In this document: positions 1 to 8,803 of the stretch, piece after piece
How positions within the stretch are numbered: position 1 is the stretch's first letter
How the letters are laid out: each line of letters starts with the position of its first letter
Virus record (IMG/VR): IMGVR_UViG_3300030101_003058
Location: 1-64,000 of that record
Reading direction: 5' to 3' (one strand)
Source of the DNA: a virus
Length of the DNA: 64,000 bases
The notes under the pieces: generated by a model
Told to the model about the DNA's origin: nothing
Database searches by the model: none
What the model saw: only the letters and a program-made list of their open reading frames with translations
Program-made: the position numbers and the translations under genes

Positions 1-525
1 CTGGCTTCGACTACGGGCAGGCTTTTAGATTTTGCCGCACTAGGCGATAAATTTGAGCTGGTATTTACACGGTCCGGGTCAGATATATCCCTAGATCTTT
101 ACGATGTGGTGGGTGATTTTGCGGCTGGAAATCCTCCATCTGTAACTGTCACAGCAACAGACTCATCCAAATCATCTAAGCCGATAGGGCTGGCTCAGTT
201 TTGGGCTGGGCAAACGAACGTATACAAAGTGGGAGTGGGCACAGGGGCAGATTCTGCACCAACGGCGCCTACCGGCCCAACTCTCACCGTCACTCAAACC
301 GAACTCACCCCCGGCGGCACAATCTCAGGCAGTTACAGCAATTACGCCACTGTACCCACAACCCTGACCGTCAGCGATGGCACCAACACCATCACGATTC
401 CGACGCCAACGATTTCCGACAACGGCGACGGCACTGGCACGTTTAGCGGAACGATGCCGGGCCTGCCAACATCCGGTACTGCCAATCTGGTGTTGTTCGG
501 TGATGTGACGGTGGAGCTAACCTGA
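1..525 (+). CDS. Virion accessory/tail-associated protein, 5' truncated by the window edge
   Basis: Frame is open from base 1 through the 106..525 ORF; Thr/Gly/Ser-rich beta-type sequence; stop lies 1 nt before the next ATG. Confidence 0.6.
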   Translation: MASTTGRLLDFAALGDKFELVFTRSGSDISLDLYDVVGDFAAGNPPSVTVTATDSSKSSKPIGLAQFWAGQTNVYKVGVGTGADSAPTAPTGPTLTVTQTELTPGGTISGSYSNYATVPTTLTVSDGTNTITIPTPTISDNGDGTGTFSGTMPGLPTSGTANLVLFGDVTVELT

Positions 526-526
526 T

Positions 527-2644
527 ATGGCTACTCAAACAATAGCGTATCAACCGGCAGCAGGTCGAGCGTACATTGACCTGACTTCATGGACCGGGGA
601 CATTGGCGCAACCACAACGCCTGTCGCAGGAGACCAGATCGAAGGCCCGGATACGCTGACGCTTAATGCGGATGGCACGGTGACTGGCGCCGATGGCACC
701 TATACGTTGCGGCACATTCAGGCGGCGAACGGGACGACTGAGGGGGTTAGCTACCAGATCGGTACGCCTGCTCAGGTTCCGCAAGGCACTGTAACCCTCG
801 GCACGCCAACCGTCGGCCAGACCACCATTGACCTGCCGTTCACCTACAACGACACGGATCAGACCGGGTTTGAATACCGTGTGGATGGTGGTCCGTGGTC
901 ATCTGTTGCCAGCCCCGTTGAATTGACCGGTCTGACTGAAGATACCCCGTACCTAATCGAGATTCGCGCCGTCAATGCAGAAGGCGGCGGCACGGTCGCC
1001 AGCACCACCATAACGACTGGTGCAGCGTCTACAATATCCAGTGCAACAGCGACAGTGACGTATGATGTACCAGCCGGAACTACTCTAGCAACTCTTGCAG
1101 AAGGTTTTGATGACTATGCCTTCCAAGAATCTGAACCCGGCGAAATCGTTGCGGGTTGGCAGCTTGTCACAACAGTTGGCTACTTCGACAGCAATGGTGA
1201 TTACTGGCTGTATCCGGATGAAGAACCCGGTGTCTCAGATATGTGGTTCATCGACCTAAATGGGGTTGCGTACTACAGACCACTCGACACTTCGGGGCTT
1301 GCTTCGGCGGTAGACACAACACCAGATCCATTCACAGTAACACCTCTGACAGATCAACCGCTAGATTCTTACGTTGAATTTTCACCAATAGAAGTTACTG
1401 GTGTAGATGCCGGTGAGAATATTCCGGTAACTGTCACAGGAACATCTGTAGAATACGCAGTAGATGCGGGTAGTGGCTACGGTGGGTACACAAGCACAAT
1501 CACGAATGTTCAATTAGGCTACTTTGTAAAACCAAGAATAAGAACAGCAACAGAAGGTTCTGCAGAAATCACGGGTAGCGTTGATATAGGTGGTGAGTCC
1601 TCAGGTCTTTCTGCAACAACAGTTGCTGCTGTTCCCCAAAGTGTTCCTGTGATTAATACGCCAACAACCACAAAGAATTCTGTCAGTGCTTCTTTCACAT
1701 ATTCGGGAAGTGATGCTACGGGCTTTGAGGCACGTATCGGTGCTGGTTCTTGGTCATCTGTGACAAGTCCTTTGACAATCTCAAGTTTGTCAGCGAGTTT
1801 CACTGGCACTCTTGAGATTAGGGCTGTAAATGCCACAGGTGCTGGTTCTTCTGATTCTGTGCAGTTTACTACAGACGCTCTTGAGCCTCCTGTTGGTGTT
1901 ATTTCTTTTGGTACTCCTTCTAAAACAAACTCTACAATAACTCAGCCATACACTTATTCTGCTTCTGATCAGACAGGGTTTGAGCAGAGTATTAACAATG
2001 GCAGTTGGGTTAGCTCAACGAGTCCTGTGAGTCTCTCTGGATTACCCGAGAAGACCTTTGTTAATATCTCAGTAAGACCTGTGAATGCTGATGGTGCTGG
2101 GCAGACATACACAACAAGTGTACAAACTAATGCTGCTCCAGATATAACACCACCAACAATCTCAATTGCTGATGTAAACACAAGGGATCTCACACCAACG
2201 ATCACAGGCTTTTGTGGAGATGCCACAAGCATCACTTTGGTTGTCACGGGGGTTGGTACATATAACCCCACAAACAACCAAGGAACCTTCTCTGTACAGC
2301 TTCCTGAGCTTACTGTTGGTACTTACGAGATGACCTTGGATGCTGAGGATTCGCTTGGTAATGCTTCTGAACAACAGACAGCAACCTTGACAATTCTTGA
2401 GCCTCTACCGCCCCGTGGGAATGCCTTTGGTCTTAGGGATATGGACCCAAGCATTGCTGCTGTAACTCTAATGAGCAACGATGATGGTGCTTGTGAGATG
2501 GATGAATTCGGAAGGTTCACAACAACCAATGCTTATTCTGTAGTTGATGTAGATATGGATGGGATTCAAAGGAAGGTGCTTGTGAAAGCAGATGGAAGAC
2601 CAATCAAACCTTTCTACAAAGTCAATTGGCAGATTTTGGATTGA
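527..2644 (+). CDS. Virion surface protein with three FN3-like repeats and a C-terminal Ig-like domain
   Basis: Three repeats of the pattern (F/Y)TY...D.TGFE....G.W....SP.....L......I(E/S)(I/V)R(A/P)VNA.G.G; DITPPTI...TPTITG motif is typical of bacterial Ig-like domains. Confidence 0.7.
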   Translation: MATQTIAYQPAAGRAYIDLTSWTGDIGATTTPVAGDQIEGPDTLTLNADGTVTGADGTYTLRHIQAANGTTEGVSYQIGTPAQVPQGTVTLGTPTVGQTTIDLPFTYNDTDQTGFEYRVDGGPWSSVASPVELTGLTEDTPYLIEIRAVNAEGGGTVASTTITTGAASTISSATATVTYDVPAGTTLATLAEGFDDYAFQESEPGEIVAGWQLVTTVGYFDSNGDYWLYPDEEPGVSDMWFIDLNGVAYYRPLDTSGLASAVDTTPDPFTVTPLTDQPLDSYVEFSPIEVTGVDAGENIPVTVTGTSVEYAVDAGSGYGGYTSTITNVQLGYFVKPRIRTATEGSAEITGSVDIGGESSGLSATTVAAVPQSVPVINTPTTTKNSVSASFTYSGSDATGFEARIGAGSWSSVTSPLTISSLSASFTGTLEIRAVNATGAGSSDSVQFTTDALEPPVGVISFGTPSKTNSTITQPYTYSASDQTGFEQSINNGSWVSSTSPVSLSGLPEKTFVNISVRPVNADGAGQTYTTSVQTNAAPDITPPTISIADVNTRDLTPTITGFCGDATSITLVVTGVGTYNPTNNQGTFSVQLPELTVGTYEMTLDAEDSLGNASEQQTATLTILEPLPPRGNAFGLRDMDPSIAAVTLMSNDDGACEMDEFGRFTTTNAYSVVDVDMDGIQRKVLVKADGRPIKPFYKVNWQILD

Positions 2645-2665
2645 CAAAAGAATATGCTTGTGTAT

Positions 2666-2830
2666 CTAAGGCACACACAGACAAATCTTTGATTTGGACG
2701 TGCTGAGGATGCGTAGAAACAGCACTGAGAACCGAAGGTTCGATGTGTGTCTTGAGCGAAGCGAAAGCACACCTTAGGACTGTTGTGTTATGCAACAGAT
2801 AATTATAAGAACACCTCTTGTCGTGAGACA
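2666..2830. other. Highly structured intergenic element (multi-hairpin; ssDNA signal or ncRNA)
   Basis: Outer stem TAAGGCACACA/TGTGTGTCTTG enclosing three hairpins, followed by GCGAAGC/GCGAAAGC mini-hairpins and two more stems. Confidence 0.5.
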
Positions 2831-2837
2831 TACCGAA

Positions 2838-2879
2838 ATAAAACCCCAGTTTCCTTGTGCCGGATTCTGGGGTATTTTT
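2838..2879. terminator. Probable bidirectional intrinsic terminator
   Basis: A-rich flank, ACCCCAG...CTGGGGT stem, T-run; lies between convergent genes. Confidence 0.6.
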
Positions 2880-2883
2880 GTGC

Positions 2884-3297
2884 TCAAATTTCAGTAAACG
2901 TATATTCAATCCTTGGATTGTGCTTGTCTACTTCGGTTTCTTCAAATGTCTCAACCTTAATGAAGCTATCGTTGTCATCTTCAAGAACTCCGAGGTTCAC
3001 CAGCGCATCATAAAGAAACTTTGTGTTAGCACCAATAAAATTGTGTTTGTCACTCCTACGATTGCTTTGCTTGTACAACTTAGCAGTAACAGTCACAGGC
3101 TTATCAAAGGTAATCTCTCGTTGGCCCGAGTCAATCAGAAGCTGCTCTACGATTTCCATGAACATTACCTTAGCCTTATTCATCTCTTGATAATGAGCAT
3201 TGCGAGTATAGTTCAAGTTGATTCGGAATACTTTAGGTGCTTTGGTTTTTCTAGGGATTTCTATGGTTAGTGGTGTGGAGATTTTTAGTTGTTTCAT
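2884..3297 (-). CDS. RusA-like Holliday junction resolvase
   Basis: RRSDKHN...KFLYDAL...GVLEDDND...NPRIE fits the RusA D.xN..K...D.L...DD pattern. Confidence 0.75.
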   Translation of the reverse strand: MKQLKISTPLTIEIPRKTKAPKVFRINLNYTRNAHYQEMNKAKVMFMEIVEQLLIDSGQREITFDKPVTVTAKLYKQSNRRSDKHNFIGANTKFLYDALVNLGVLEDDNDSFIKVETFEETEVDKHNPRIEYTFTEI

Positions 3298-4325
3298 TTA
3301 GGTTCCTTATAAGTATCAATGAACCTACCAATGAACTCTGCTTTATCGTTCTTGTCTCTCAGCATCCACAGCAACCTCAAGTTCTCCCTCATGACATCCT
3401 TCCAAGTTACCTCTGCGGCTTTCTCTGAGACTGCACAAGTGTATTTAAAGGAATCTCCATAGGTTTCCCTGTACTTCTCACAAACAACGTGTATAACGCT
3501 CTCTAGAGATTCTATAGGTGCTCCAGAGAATTCCTCTAGAATCTCGTATGCTGTTACGGCACCAACACGCTTACATCCTTCGATGTTGTCCACCTGCTTA
3601 TCGCCAGCAAGCAATTGCCACGCTAGAAATAAGTGACCATACCCGACGATCTTCTTACCGGAACGCTCAAGGACACCAACGATGTTCTTTGGTGAGTACA
3701 CAGGTTCTTCCATTTGATCCACCAGAAGTACCCATGTGCCTGAGCATTGGCAACTGTCCTTGTCACGGCTAATACATACGGCAGACTGACCTTTGCGTTC
3801 CGCCATTAGAACGACATAATCATCAACCTCAACCGATGCAACAGCTTTGGTAATTTCTGGATATGTCAAAGCATATTTGCGGACAGCTTCTAGGTGATGA
3901 GGCTTTCGCATATCTGAACGGTTTTTCTTGTAACCGTGGATTGTCGCAATCTTCGAGCGGAATGTCTTACCACCAGACTTGGGAGACACATAACCTTTCC
4001 ATTGAGAAACACCAGCAGTCTTGAGCCAACGCTTTAGTTCGCTGTCGAATACTTTATAGCAATCTTCAGCATCTTTGATCTCGTGTTCGACTTCTCTTGT
4101 GACTTTCTCTAGGTCATCATCCGACAAACCGAAGAGTGCATCTCCGAAATCACGAGAATCTTCCAACCAAGTCTTATGCGCTTTAGCACTATCAAAGCGT
4201 CCTACCTCTGTATCCCCAAGCATCACCTTATACCACACTTGTTCACCAGCAGAAGCAGCAGCAAACAATAGCGCATCTAAGTCAAGGTAGCCTATTGTGG
4301 GTTTCTTTGGATTTTCTTCTGTCAT
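3294..4325 (-). CDS. 5'-3' exonuclease (T7 gp6/FEN-like)
   Basis: LDLD, YKKNR, EVDD, SRDKD, GDKQVDNIEG..VG motifs; start placed at ATG 4325, which follows a GAGG RBS. Confidence 0.85.
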   Translation of the reverse strand: MTEENPKKPTIGYLDLDALLFAAASAGEQVWYKVMLGDTEVGRFDSAKAHKTWLEDSRDFGDALFGLSDDDLEKVTREVEHEIKDAEDCYKVFDSELKRWLKTAGVSQWKGYVSPKSGGKTFRSKIATIHGYKKNRSDMRKPHHLEAVRKYALTYPEITKAVASVEVDDYVVLMAERKGQSAVCISRDKDSCQCSGTWVLLVDQMEEPVYSPKNIVGVLERSGKKIVGYGHLFLAWQLLAGDKQVDNIEGCKRVGAVTAYEILEEFSGAPIESLESVIHVVCEKYRETYGDSFKYTCAVSEKAAEVTWKDVMRENLRLLWMLRDKNDKAEFIGRFIDTYKEPK

Positions 4326-4344
4326 ACTTTTGTTCCTCTGAAAC

Positions 4345-4369
4345 AAAAAAGGAGGACCGTAGCCCTCCT
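4345..4369 (-). terminator. Intrinsic terminator
   Basis: Minus strand reads AGGAGGGC-TACG-GTCCTCC-TTTTTT. Confidence 0.75.
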
Positions 4370-4376
4370 GTGAATA

Positions 4377-4631
4377 TCAGTACGTATTCTCTCGAAGTTC
4401 TCCTGAACCCGTGTACTTGGACGTATAACCGTTATGTTTGGCAATTCTCTTCATGGCGGTACGCACGATGGCTTCCATATTCAGCTTGGGTTCATGATCT
4501 TCTCGCGAAGAATTTACGGCTGTCACAAAATCAATAATGGATTTCCTCACGTATTTCACATCTGAAAAATTGTAGGTGGGAATGACACCTTCGGTTTCCG
4601 AAATTCGCCTTGCTGGTTTTGTCACAAACAT
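4377..4631 (-). CDS. Hypothetical protein (84 aa)
   Basis: GGAG RBS before ATG 4631; overlaps the end of the upstream endonuclease gene. Confidence 0.6.
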   Translation of the reverse strand: MFVTKPARRISETEGVIPTYNFSDVKYVRKSIIDFVTAVNSSREDHEPKLNMEAIVRTAMKRIAKHNGYTSKYTGSGELRENTY

Positions 4632-5629
4632 ATTTCTTGTACTCCTTCTGTTGTCGCTACGAATTCGTCTAGCATTTGCATTAGTCTTGGGAGTTCTTTC
4701 GGCCAATAACATTCTGTGTAGCCTCCGAAATCCCCCGCTCCCCAGAAATGATCTAAGGTTTTGTCGTTGTGTATTCTACTCTCTGCTTCACAAGCTGGTC
4801 GGGATGGTGATTCAATCCAACGGAGAATTTGAATATCTGCCGTAGGTAACTGCAATCCCAAATGACGGACTCTTTTGCGGGGATCACATGATATTCCTAG
4901 TTTGAGAAAATCCCACTCTGCCAACTCACTCTGGATTCTCATCAGATACAAGACTGTTTCTTCTGTGTTTCTATAATACTCAAGTTCACGAACGCACCGT
5001 AGACACTTCATACCTCGCAGGTGATTGTTCGGGAGTTGCCAAAAGTCTCCGTGGATGTCACATGTTATGCATACCTTGTTTCCAGTTTTGTTGTATTCTG
5101 TTTTCCCGTAAGAATAAAGATTCTGGTGAACAACATTGGCTTTTGCTATAAATTGCTCAGTTGTGATATTAACTGCACCGTTGTTCTTATTGGCTAGATA
5201 GTCACAAAACCCACATCCAACTCCTTTTAAGTGGCCTGCAAGCCTCACTTGAAATTCACCGTGATCAGGACATTTGACGATTATCTTTGAGTCTCTGTTG
5301 TTGTACTCTACTTTAGAGTAGTCGTATCTATCCCCATGAACTTCAGTTGCCTTTTCCATAAATTCACTAAAAGATAGTCGCCTTCGGTTTGCCCTTTGGT
5401 CAACGCAGCAGCCCATGCAACCAAACCCATGAAGGTGATTAGAAGGCGTTTGCCAGAAAGATCCGTGTATTGGGCAAACTATTTCAACCTTCTCTTTGCT
5501 AGACTTATATTCACATTTACTATAATCGTAGAAGTTCCCGTGCTTGCTTTCCGCTTTTATCAGGAACCCTTCTTGGTTTGTAATTCTCTTTCCCATTAGA
5601 ATAAGAGGGGCCGAAGCCCCTCGCCTCAT
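4622..5629 (-). CDS. Free-standing homing endonuclease (three CxxHG zinc-ribbon repeats plus GIY-YIG-like/T5orf172-type C-terminus)
   Basis: Repeats YDYSK.EY....K..I.CP.HG.F.Q....HL.G.GC; C-terminal LYLM...KLGIS..P..R...E..IH...GYTEC. Confidence 0.8.
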   Translation of the reverse strand: MRRGASAPLILMGKRITNQEGFLIKAESKHGNFYDYSKCEYKSSKEKVEIVCPIHGSFWQTPSNHLHGFGCMGCCVDQRANRRRLSFSEFMEKATEVHGDRYDYSKVEYNNRDSKIIVKCPDHGEFQVRLAGHLKGVGCGFCDYLANKNNGAVNITTEQFIAKANVVHQNLYSYGKTEYNKTGNKVCITCDIHGDFWQLPNNHLRGMKCLRCVRELEYYRNTEETVLYLMRIQSELAEWDFLKLGISCDPRKRVRHLGLQLPTADIQILRWIESPSRPACEAESRIHNDKTLDHFWGAGDFGGYTECYWPKELPRLMQMLDEFVATTEGVQEICL

Positions 5630-6298
5630 TTAGTAGATATCGCCGTCATCGTCGTCGTCAGAATTGTCTGGCTCAAACGGGGTATCGTCATCCTCGTCGT
5701 CTCCAAAGTCAGGCTCTGTTCCAGAATCTTTGAAGGAACTGGAGTCTACCTCACCGAGTTCGCTAAGATCGTCGTCAGATCCATAAGAAACCAAGTCATC
5801 AATTCGGAGGGCTGAGAGCTTGGCGCTTACGGTCCCCCACTTCTTATTTTCGTACTCTTTGAACAATGCAGTTACTTTACTTTGGTTCCCGATTAGAGTT
5901 TCTGTATCTTCAACCAAGACAGTTTTTCCATCCTTAACTTCTGGAAACAGAACTTTGGGTTTAGGCATCAGCTTGGTTTTACCGTCCTTGTAATCCGAGT
6001 ACGCATTGTTGGTCTTCAGATTGATAATGCAGATTTCACCATCTTCGTTTGTCTCGACACCTTCTGGTACATCAACCTTGTACTTCTTCTTAAACTCCTC
6101 TGGTGTCAGGGGATCAACCTTTTGCTTCTTAAAACGCTTTGCAAATTCCTTGTATTGCTTGGGATCAACAACTACAGTGACTTTGTACTCAAAATCTAGG
6201 GGATCTTTCGAACCCTCTTTCTGAAATTTAGTGGTTGGTGATTGGACGCAGCAGTAGAATCCGATACCACTGACAACATTACTTTGCTTCTTAGCCAT
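5630..6298 (-). CDS. Single-stranded DNA-binding protein (T7 gp2.5-like)
   Basis: LIGNQSKV...LSALRIDDLVSY motif; acidic tail ending in an aromatic residue; adjacent to the polymerase gene. Confidence 0.8.
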   Translation of the reverse strand: MAKKQSNVVSGIGFYCCVQSPTTKFQKEGSKDPLDFEYKVTVVVDPKQYKEFAKRFKKQKVDPLTPEEFKKKYKVDVPEGVETNEDGEICIINLKTNNAYSDYKDGKTKLMPKPKVLFPEVKDGKTVLVEDTETLIGNQSKVTALFKEYENKKWGTVSAKLSALRIDDLVSYGSDDDLSELGEVDSSSFKDSGTEPDFGDDEDDDTPFEPDNSDDDDDGDIY

Positions 6299-6412
6299 AT
6301 TTACATTACCTCTTGATCAAGTTTTAATTACTTCGATTTCTTCTGTGAGAACACACTACTTATCTTGTGAGCCCTCTTAGAAGTCTTTTGTGGCTATGCC
6401 CCATACTTTTAC

Positions 6413-6441
6413 ATTCTAAGGCATAGTCCCTGTTTCGTCAA
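6413..6441 (-). promoter_or_regulatory. sigma70-type promoter for ssb
   Basis: TTGACG-N17-TAGAAT. Confidence 0.7.
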
Positions 6442-6445
6442 TGGG

Positions 6446-8755
6446 TCAGTGACAGTCTTTCCATGAAAATCCTATCTGATAGTCTCCATCGAAAGGAATA
6501 CGCATACCGTAGTGCTCTGCTGCTTTAACAATAGCTTCTGACATAAGTTCTCCAGCCTTACTGTACCCTGCCAAATACCCACCATCTACATGTGAAATAT
6601 CAGCAATACGTTTACCTTTGACAGAAAACTCCTTGGCTTCATCCTCGGTTTCAAACACATGCGCTTCTACAAGAGATTCACACACCTGCAACTGATATTC
6701 GTCGTGGTAGTGGATCATCTCGGCAGCCTTTCCTTCAATACTAGCATCTTTAAATGGATTGAACAACAGATTCTCTTGTTCTAACCAACGATCTAACATA
6801 ACAGCAGCTTGCTTCATAATGATAACACCACAGGATTGAAACAGAAGGTTTACAAGGCTGTGTTTTGAACGGGCCATGAGTTTCCTTCCGTCAATCCCTA
6901 CGATAAACTTACGCCCTCCTTTCTTTTCCCAGAACTTCTCTACCTTTTCCTTGAGTTGCTTAAGCGGTAAAGCAGCAGACCAGAAATCCTCAAACACTTT
7001 CTTGGCTTTTCCTATGGGCCAATCCATTGACTTTGCAACTTTTGGTGGTTGTGCCCCATAAGAAATTGAGTAGCGAAGAGTTTTTGCTACGTCCCGTGCG
7101 ATCCCCATCTTCTTTGCTGTGACACTATGGATGTCGTTGGGTTTCTCGCCAAGCAATGCCTCAGCATACTCCTGCCCTCCCTCGTAAGGCATAGTGTAGT
7201 GTGCTTCTACCCTAGCTTCAAGTCCAGCAGCATCACAGCCAATCTGATAGAAGCGCTCAGGTACACAGAACATTTCTCGCATAGGTGCTCCATAGACACT
7301 CGTAGGCCGTGGAATATTCGCCACAGTCTTGTGTTGCATCCTTGAAGTGGCAGCACCACAAGTGATTGCAGGGGTCTGTATGCGCCCGTCAATTTCAATC
7401 CTCGGTTGTGCCAAGAACCCTGTTCCTTTGGGACTCAGAATACTGTTCCTACGATGCCTGTAGGTTAACCAAAGAACAACGTCTTTGACAAAACTTACAC
7501 GTTCACCTAGCTTCTCAAGGCTCGGACAAATATCTTTATCCTGATTCACCGTATACTTTGGTGAACTCAAGACTCTCACAGGTCTGTCTCGATCTGCTGT
7601 CATCAACTTCTTATATAGCTCTTTGACATTCCTGCACTGCTGTTGCTCAAGCCTGAACTTTCTGAACGAACTCTCTTTTGTCTCCATACAATAACGATAG
7701 ACAGACTCTTTATACTTTTCGTAAGGGATCTTCTGCTTCTTCGCATTAACCGTAAGATCGTTCTCTGACCAAACCGTAGGCTTCCACCCGAGATCCACGA
7801 GATGTTGCTTAAGATCACTTTGGTTTGCTAGGGTCATCGGCTCTGTATCTTCCAGAGGCTCTTGCGGCAATGGAAGCTCTAAAGTTCTCCCTTTGTACTC
7901 CATGTACCAAGTGTCCCCTTTCTTACCTAAAATACCACCAAGGCGCTCTGCAAACTTCTCTGTATTAGCAGAAGGCTCCCCGTTTTTCTTAAACTGTAGC
8001 TTAGGAGGAACAAACTTCTTCGCTGCTGTCTTGCTAATTTTCTTCTCTGGCAACAAAGGCTCTACACGCTTCTCAATTACCTCCATTTTCTCGTTAAGAT
8101 CATCAAGAGCTTCTTGAGCTTTCTGTTTGTTAAAGCCAAATCCAAAGTGTTCCTGTCTAAAAATAACCTCAGCAATTGCTTGCTCCATACAGATTGCTTT
8201 AGACCAATCCCACTTACCTTGTTCTTCCAGCAAAGCGTTATACACAGCTAAAGTCACTTCTACGTCTTGCTGGCAATATTCCAACATATCCTCGGAGAAC
8301 TCATCCCAAGCATCTTGTTCTTGTCCGTAACTCCCTTTGAGAATCCCTAGTTTCTTACCCCACTCCTTCAAGGAATGCCCTTGTGGACGATCAGGCCAGA
8401 GTGTTCTTGAGATTACAGCCGTGTCTGTGATCCTACAAGGTCTTCCGTCAAGGTAGTCTGTCTCCTCTGGCTTAGACTTTAGCTTGTAATTAACTCCAAA
8501 GTACAACATAAGCACAGGCAGATCATAACCAATGCCGTTGTGGAAAATAACCTCAGTTGCTTCTGAAAATAGTTGCTTTACTTTTTCTTCCGTTAGCGAA
8601 TTTTGATATAGCTTGAACACTTTCCCGCTATCAATATCTTTTGCTACGAGGCAGTGAACCTTGAAACTATCTTTGAGTTTGAACGGATACTTTGAATAGT
8701 CTAGGCTTGTGTGATCGAGCAAACCTGTTGCTTCAATATCTGCTACTAGTCGCAT
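6446..8755 (-). CDS. polA: Family A DNA polymerase with 3'-5' exonuclease
   Basis: ExoI DIEA, HNGIGYD; motif A DAAGLEAR; motif B RDVAKTLRYSISYG; motif C HDEYQ. Confidence 0.97.
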   Translation of the reverse strand: MRLVADIEATGLLDHTSLDYSKYPFKLKDSFKVHCLVAKDIDSGKVFKLYQNSLTEEKVKQLFSEATEVIFHNGIGYDLPVLMLYFGVNYKLKSKPEETDYLDGRPCRITDTAVISRTLWPDRPQGHSLKEWGKKLGILKGSYGQEQDAWDEFSEDMLEYCQQDVEVTLAVYNALLEEQGKWDWSKAICMEQAIAEVIFRQEHFGFGFNKQKAQEALDDLNEKMEVIEKRVEPLLPEKKISKTAAKKFVPPKLQFKKNGEPSANTEKFAERLGGILGKKGDTWYMEYKGRTLELPLPQEPLEDTEPMTLANQSDLKQHLVDLGWKPTVWSENDLTVNAKKQKIPYEKYKESVYRYCMETKESSFRKFRLEQQQCRNVKELYKKLMTADRDRPVRVLSSPKYTVNQDKDICPSLEKLGERVSFVKDVVLWLTYRHRRNSILSPKGTGFLAQPRIEIDGRIQTPAITCGAATSRMQHKTVANIPRPTSVYGAPMREMFCVPERFYQIGCDAAGLEARVEAHYTMPYEGGQEYAEALLGEKPNDIHSVTAKKMGIARDVAKTLRYSISYGAQPPKVAKSMDWPIGKAKKVFEDFWSAALPLKQLKEKVEKFWEKKGGRKFIVGIDGRKLMARSKHSLVNLLFQSCGVIIMKQAAVMLDRWLEQENLLFNPFKDASIEGKAAEMIHYHDEYQLQVCESLVEAHVFETEDEAKEFSVKGKRIADISHVDGGYLAGYSKAGELMSEAIVKAAEHYGMRIPFDGDYQIGFSWKDCH

Positions 8756-8803
8756 AAGTTCTCCCCGGCTGTCATCGGACGAATTGGCCGTTTGCAGTGT
8801 GTT

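Noticed and set aside
2700-2755. Hammerhead-like core CTGAGGA...GAAA with a downstream GTC
   Set aside because: Stem II is almost absent and no stem I pairs after GTC; the bases form a simple GTGCTG/CAGCAC hairpin instead
2666-2755. tRNA gene
   Set aside because: Four-way shape but no TTCRA T-loop, D-loop GG or 7-nt anticodon loop; no tRNA recognised anywhere in the window by eye
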